In this document: piece by piece, positions 49,401 through 50,875 of the stretch | Numbering within the stretch: the first letter of the stretch is position 1 | Layout: every line of letters begins with the position of its first letter | Assembly (NCBI GenBank): GCA_964593285.1 | Contig: CAZQHZ010000001.1 | Location: forward strand, 66,124 to 116,998 | Source of the DNA: an uncultured Methanosarcinales archaeon | Lineage (GTDB): Archaea > Nanobdellota > Nanobdellia > Woesearchaeales > DSVV01 | Direction of reading: 5' to 3' | DNA: 50,875 bases | Made by a program: the position numbers and the translations under genes | Notes under the pieces: model-generated | The model's database searches: none | What the model was told of the DNA's origin: nothing | Seen by the model: the letters and a program-made list of their open reading frames with translations, nothing else

Positions 49401-50852
49401 ATGTATGATAAAAGTTTATTTATTTTTAGGAGAGATTTACGATTATTTGACAATAGTGCACTAAATTATGCCCTAAAAAATTCAAATAAAGTAATTTTAT
49501 GTTTTATTTTTGATGAACAGCAAATAAAAAATAATGAATATTTAAGTAAATTTTCACTATCTTTCTTAATTGAATCTTTAATTGAGATGAATGAGAATTT
49601 AAAAAAATTTAATTCTAAAATTTATTTTTGTTATGGTAAACCTGATAAAATAATTTCAAAAATAATTGATGAATTATTAATAGATGCAGTTTTTTTAAAC
49701 AAAGATTATACTCCTTTTTCAATTAATAGAGATAAAATAATAAAAAATTTATGTGATAAAAAAAAAGTTTCTTTTAATAGTTATTTTGATATATGTTTAA
49801 ATGAAATTGAATTTATAAAAACAAATAATAATGATAATTACAAAGTATTTACACATTTTTATAATAAAGCAAAGACTTTTATTGTAAAAAAACCAAATTA
49901 TGATATATTTTTAAATTTTAAATTTGAAGATATATTTAATTGTGAAAAAAGTAATAAATTTATAAAAAATATTTCAAATAAATTTTATTCGAATAAATTA
50001 TCTATTGAAGATGAAAAAATTTTAGAAAAACTAAAAGAAAAGTTTAATTTAGATAATAAATTACATAGTAATTCAAAAATTTTTTCTGGCAGAAAAAAAG
50101 CAATTTCACTTTTAAATAATTTAGAAAATTTAATTGACTATGAAAAAACTAGAAATTTTCCTATTTTAGAAAAAACCAGTCATTTATCAGCTCATTTAAA
50201 ATATGGAACTGTATCTATTAGAGAAGTTTATCATACAATTGCTAAATTTTTAAATTTAAATCATCCCTTAATTAGGCAATTATATTTTAGGGATTTTTTT
50301 ATTTCTATTGCATACAATTATCCACATATTTTTGGTAATTCATTTTATCAAAAATATGATAAAATAAAATGGGAAAACAATATCAATAAATTTAATGCAT
50401 GGAAAAATGCAAAAACTGGTTTTCCAATAATTGATGCTGGAATGAATGAATTAAATAAAACAGGATTTATGCACAATCGTTTAAGAATGATTACTGCATC
50501 TTTTTTAGTTAAAGATTTACATGTTGATTGGCGCTATGGTGAGAAATATTTTGCACAGAAATTAATTGATTATGATCCTTGTGTTAATAATGGTAATTGG
50601 CAGTGGGCTTCATCTACTGGATGTGATCCTGCGCCTTATTTTAGAATATTTAATCCATGGCTTCAGCAAAAAAAATTTGATAAGGATTGTTTATATATAA
50701 AAAAATGGATTCCACAATTAAAAGATATTTCATCAAAACAAATACATGATTTATTTAAAACAAAAGAAAAAATTAAAAATTATCCCTTGCCTTTAGTTGA
50801 CCATAAAATTGAATCTGATAAAGCAAAAAGTTATTTTAAAATAGTTAATTAA
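49401..50852 (+). CDS. phrB: Deoxyribodipyrimidine photolyase (class I CPD-like)
   Basis: FRRDLRL.DN, TSHLSAHLKYG, TGFPIIDAGM..L..TGFMHNRLRM, DYD..NNGNWQW, RIFNP..Q..KFD. Confidence 0.93.
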   Translation: MYDKSLFIFRRDLRLFDNSALNYALKNSNKVILCFIFDEQQIKNNEYLSKFSLSFLIESLIEMNENLKKFNSKIYFCYGKPDKIISKIIDELLIDAVFLNKDYTPFSINRDKIIKNLCDKKKVSFNSYFDICLNEIEFIKTNNNDNYKVFTHFYNKAKTFIVKKPNYDIFLNFKFEDIFNCEKSNKFIKNISNKFYSNKLSIEDEKILEKLKEKFNLDNKLHSNSKIFSGRKKAISLLNNLENLIDYEKTRNFPILEKTSHLSAHLKYGTVSIREVYHTIAKFLNLNHPLIRQLYFRDFFISIAYNYPHIFGNSFYQKYDKIKWENNINKFNAWKNAKTGFPIIDAGMNELNKTGFMHNRLRMITASFLVKDLHVDWRYGEKYFAQKLIDYDPCVNNGNWQWASSTGCDPAPYFRIFNPWLQQKKFDKDCLYIKKWIPQLKDISSKQIHDLFKTKEKIKNYPLPLVDHKIESDKAKSYFKIVN

Positions 50853-50875
50853 AATTGTTGTAATTTAATAAATTT

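Overview
A very AT-rich archaeal chromosome segment, probably DPANN (Woesearchaeota-like). The assignment rests on the Lsm-rpl37e pair, DUF655, Lrp/AsnC regulators, archaeal BRE/TATA promoters and KKSQ class III signal-peptide proteins. There are four main blocks. (1) 1-4.6 kb: a UvrD-type helicase-nuclease, an (AAT)n microsatellite, an HTH regulator and a membrane protein. (2) 4674-17271: a ~12.5 kb island bounded by an 81-bp imperfect direct repeat that duplicates the 3' end of a thymidylate-synthase-like gene. It carries a 222-bp IS66-like MITE, an Lrp regulator and a stress/dormancy gene set (Hsp20, PolX-PHP, NAD-dependent ligase, PIMT, PEBP, ChaB, CBS-HPF, DUF378/2188/2267). Five of its promoters share a GTAAWTTAC-type box 10 bp from the TATA box, and the boxes are paired about 31 bp apart. 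(3) 17.2-39.8 kb: an MtrA-ThyA fusion abutting a U32 protein, PfkB, a clan-CD-like protease, then a 15.8 kb operon of two pilin-like paralogs and two giant Ig/FN3 proteins that share a Cys-rich helical core. (4) 39.7-50.9 kb: ALDH, Lrp, a wHTH protein, a ThyA paralog lacking the catalytic Cys, a frameshifted NUDIX gene, DUF655, a RelA/SpoT-like nucleotidyltransferase, RdgB, Lsm, L37e and a photolyase. I saw no rRNA, tRNA or CRISPR array. All family calls come from motif recognition by eye; no searches were run.
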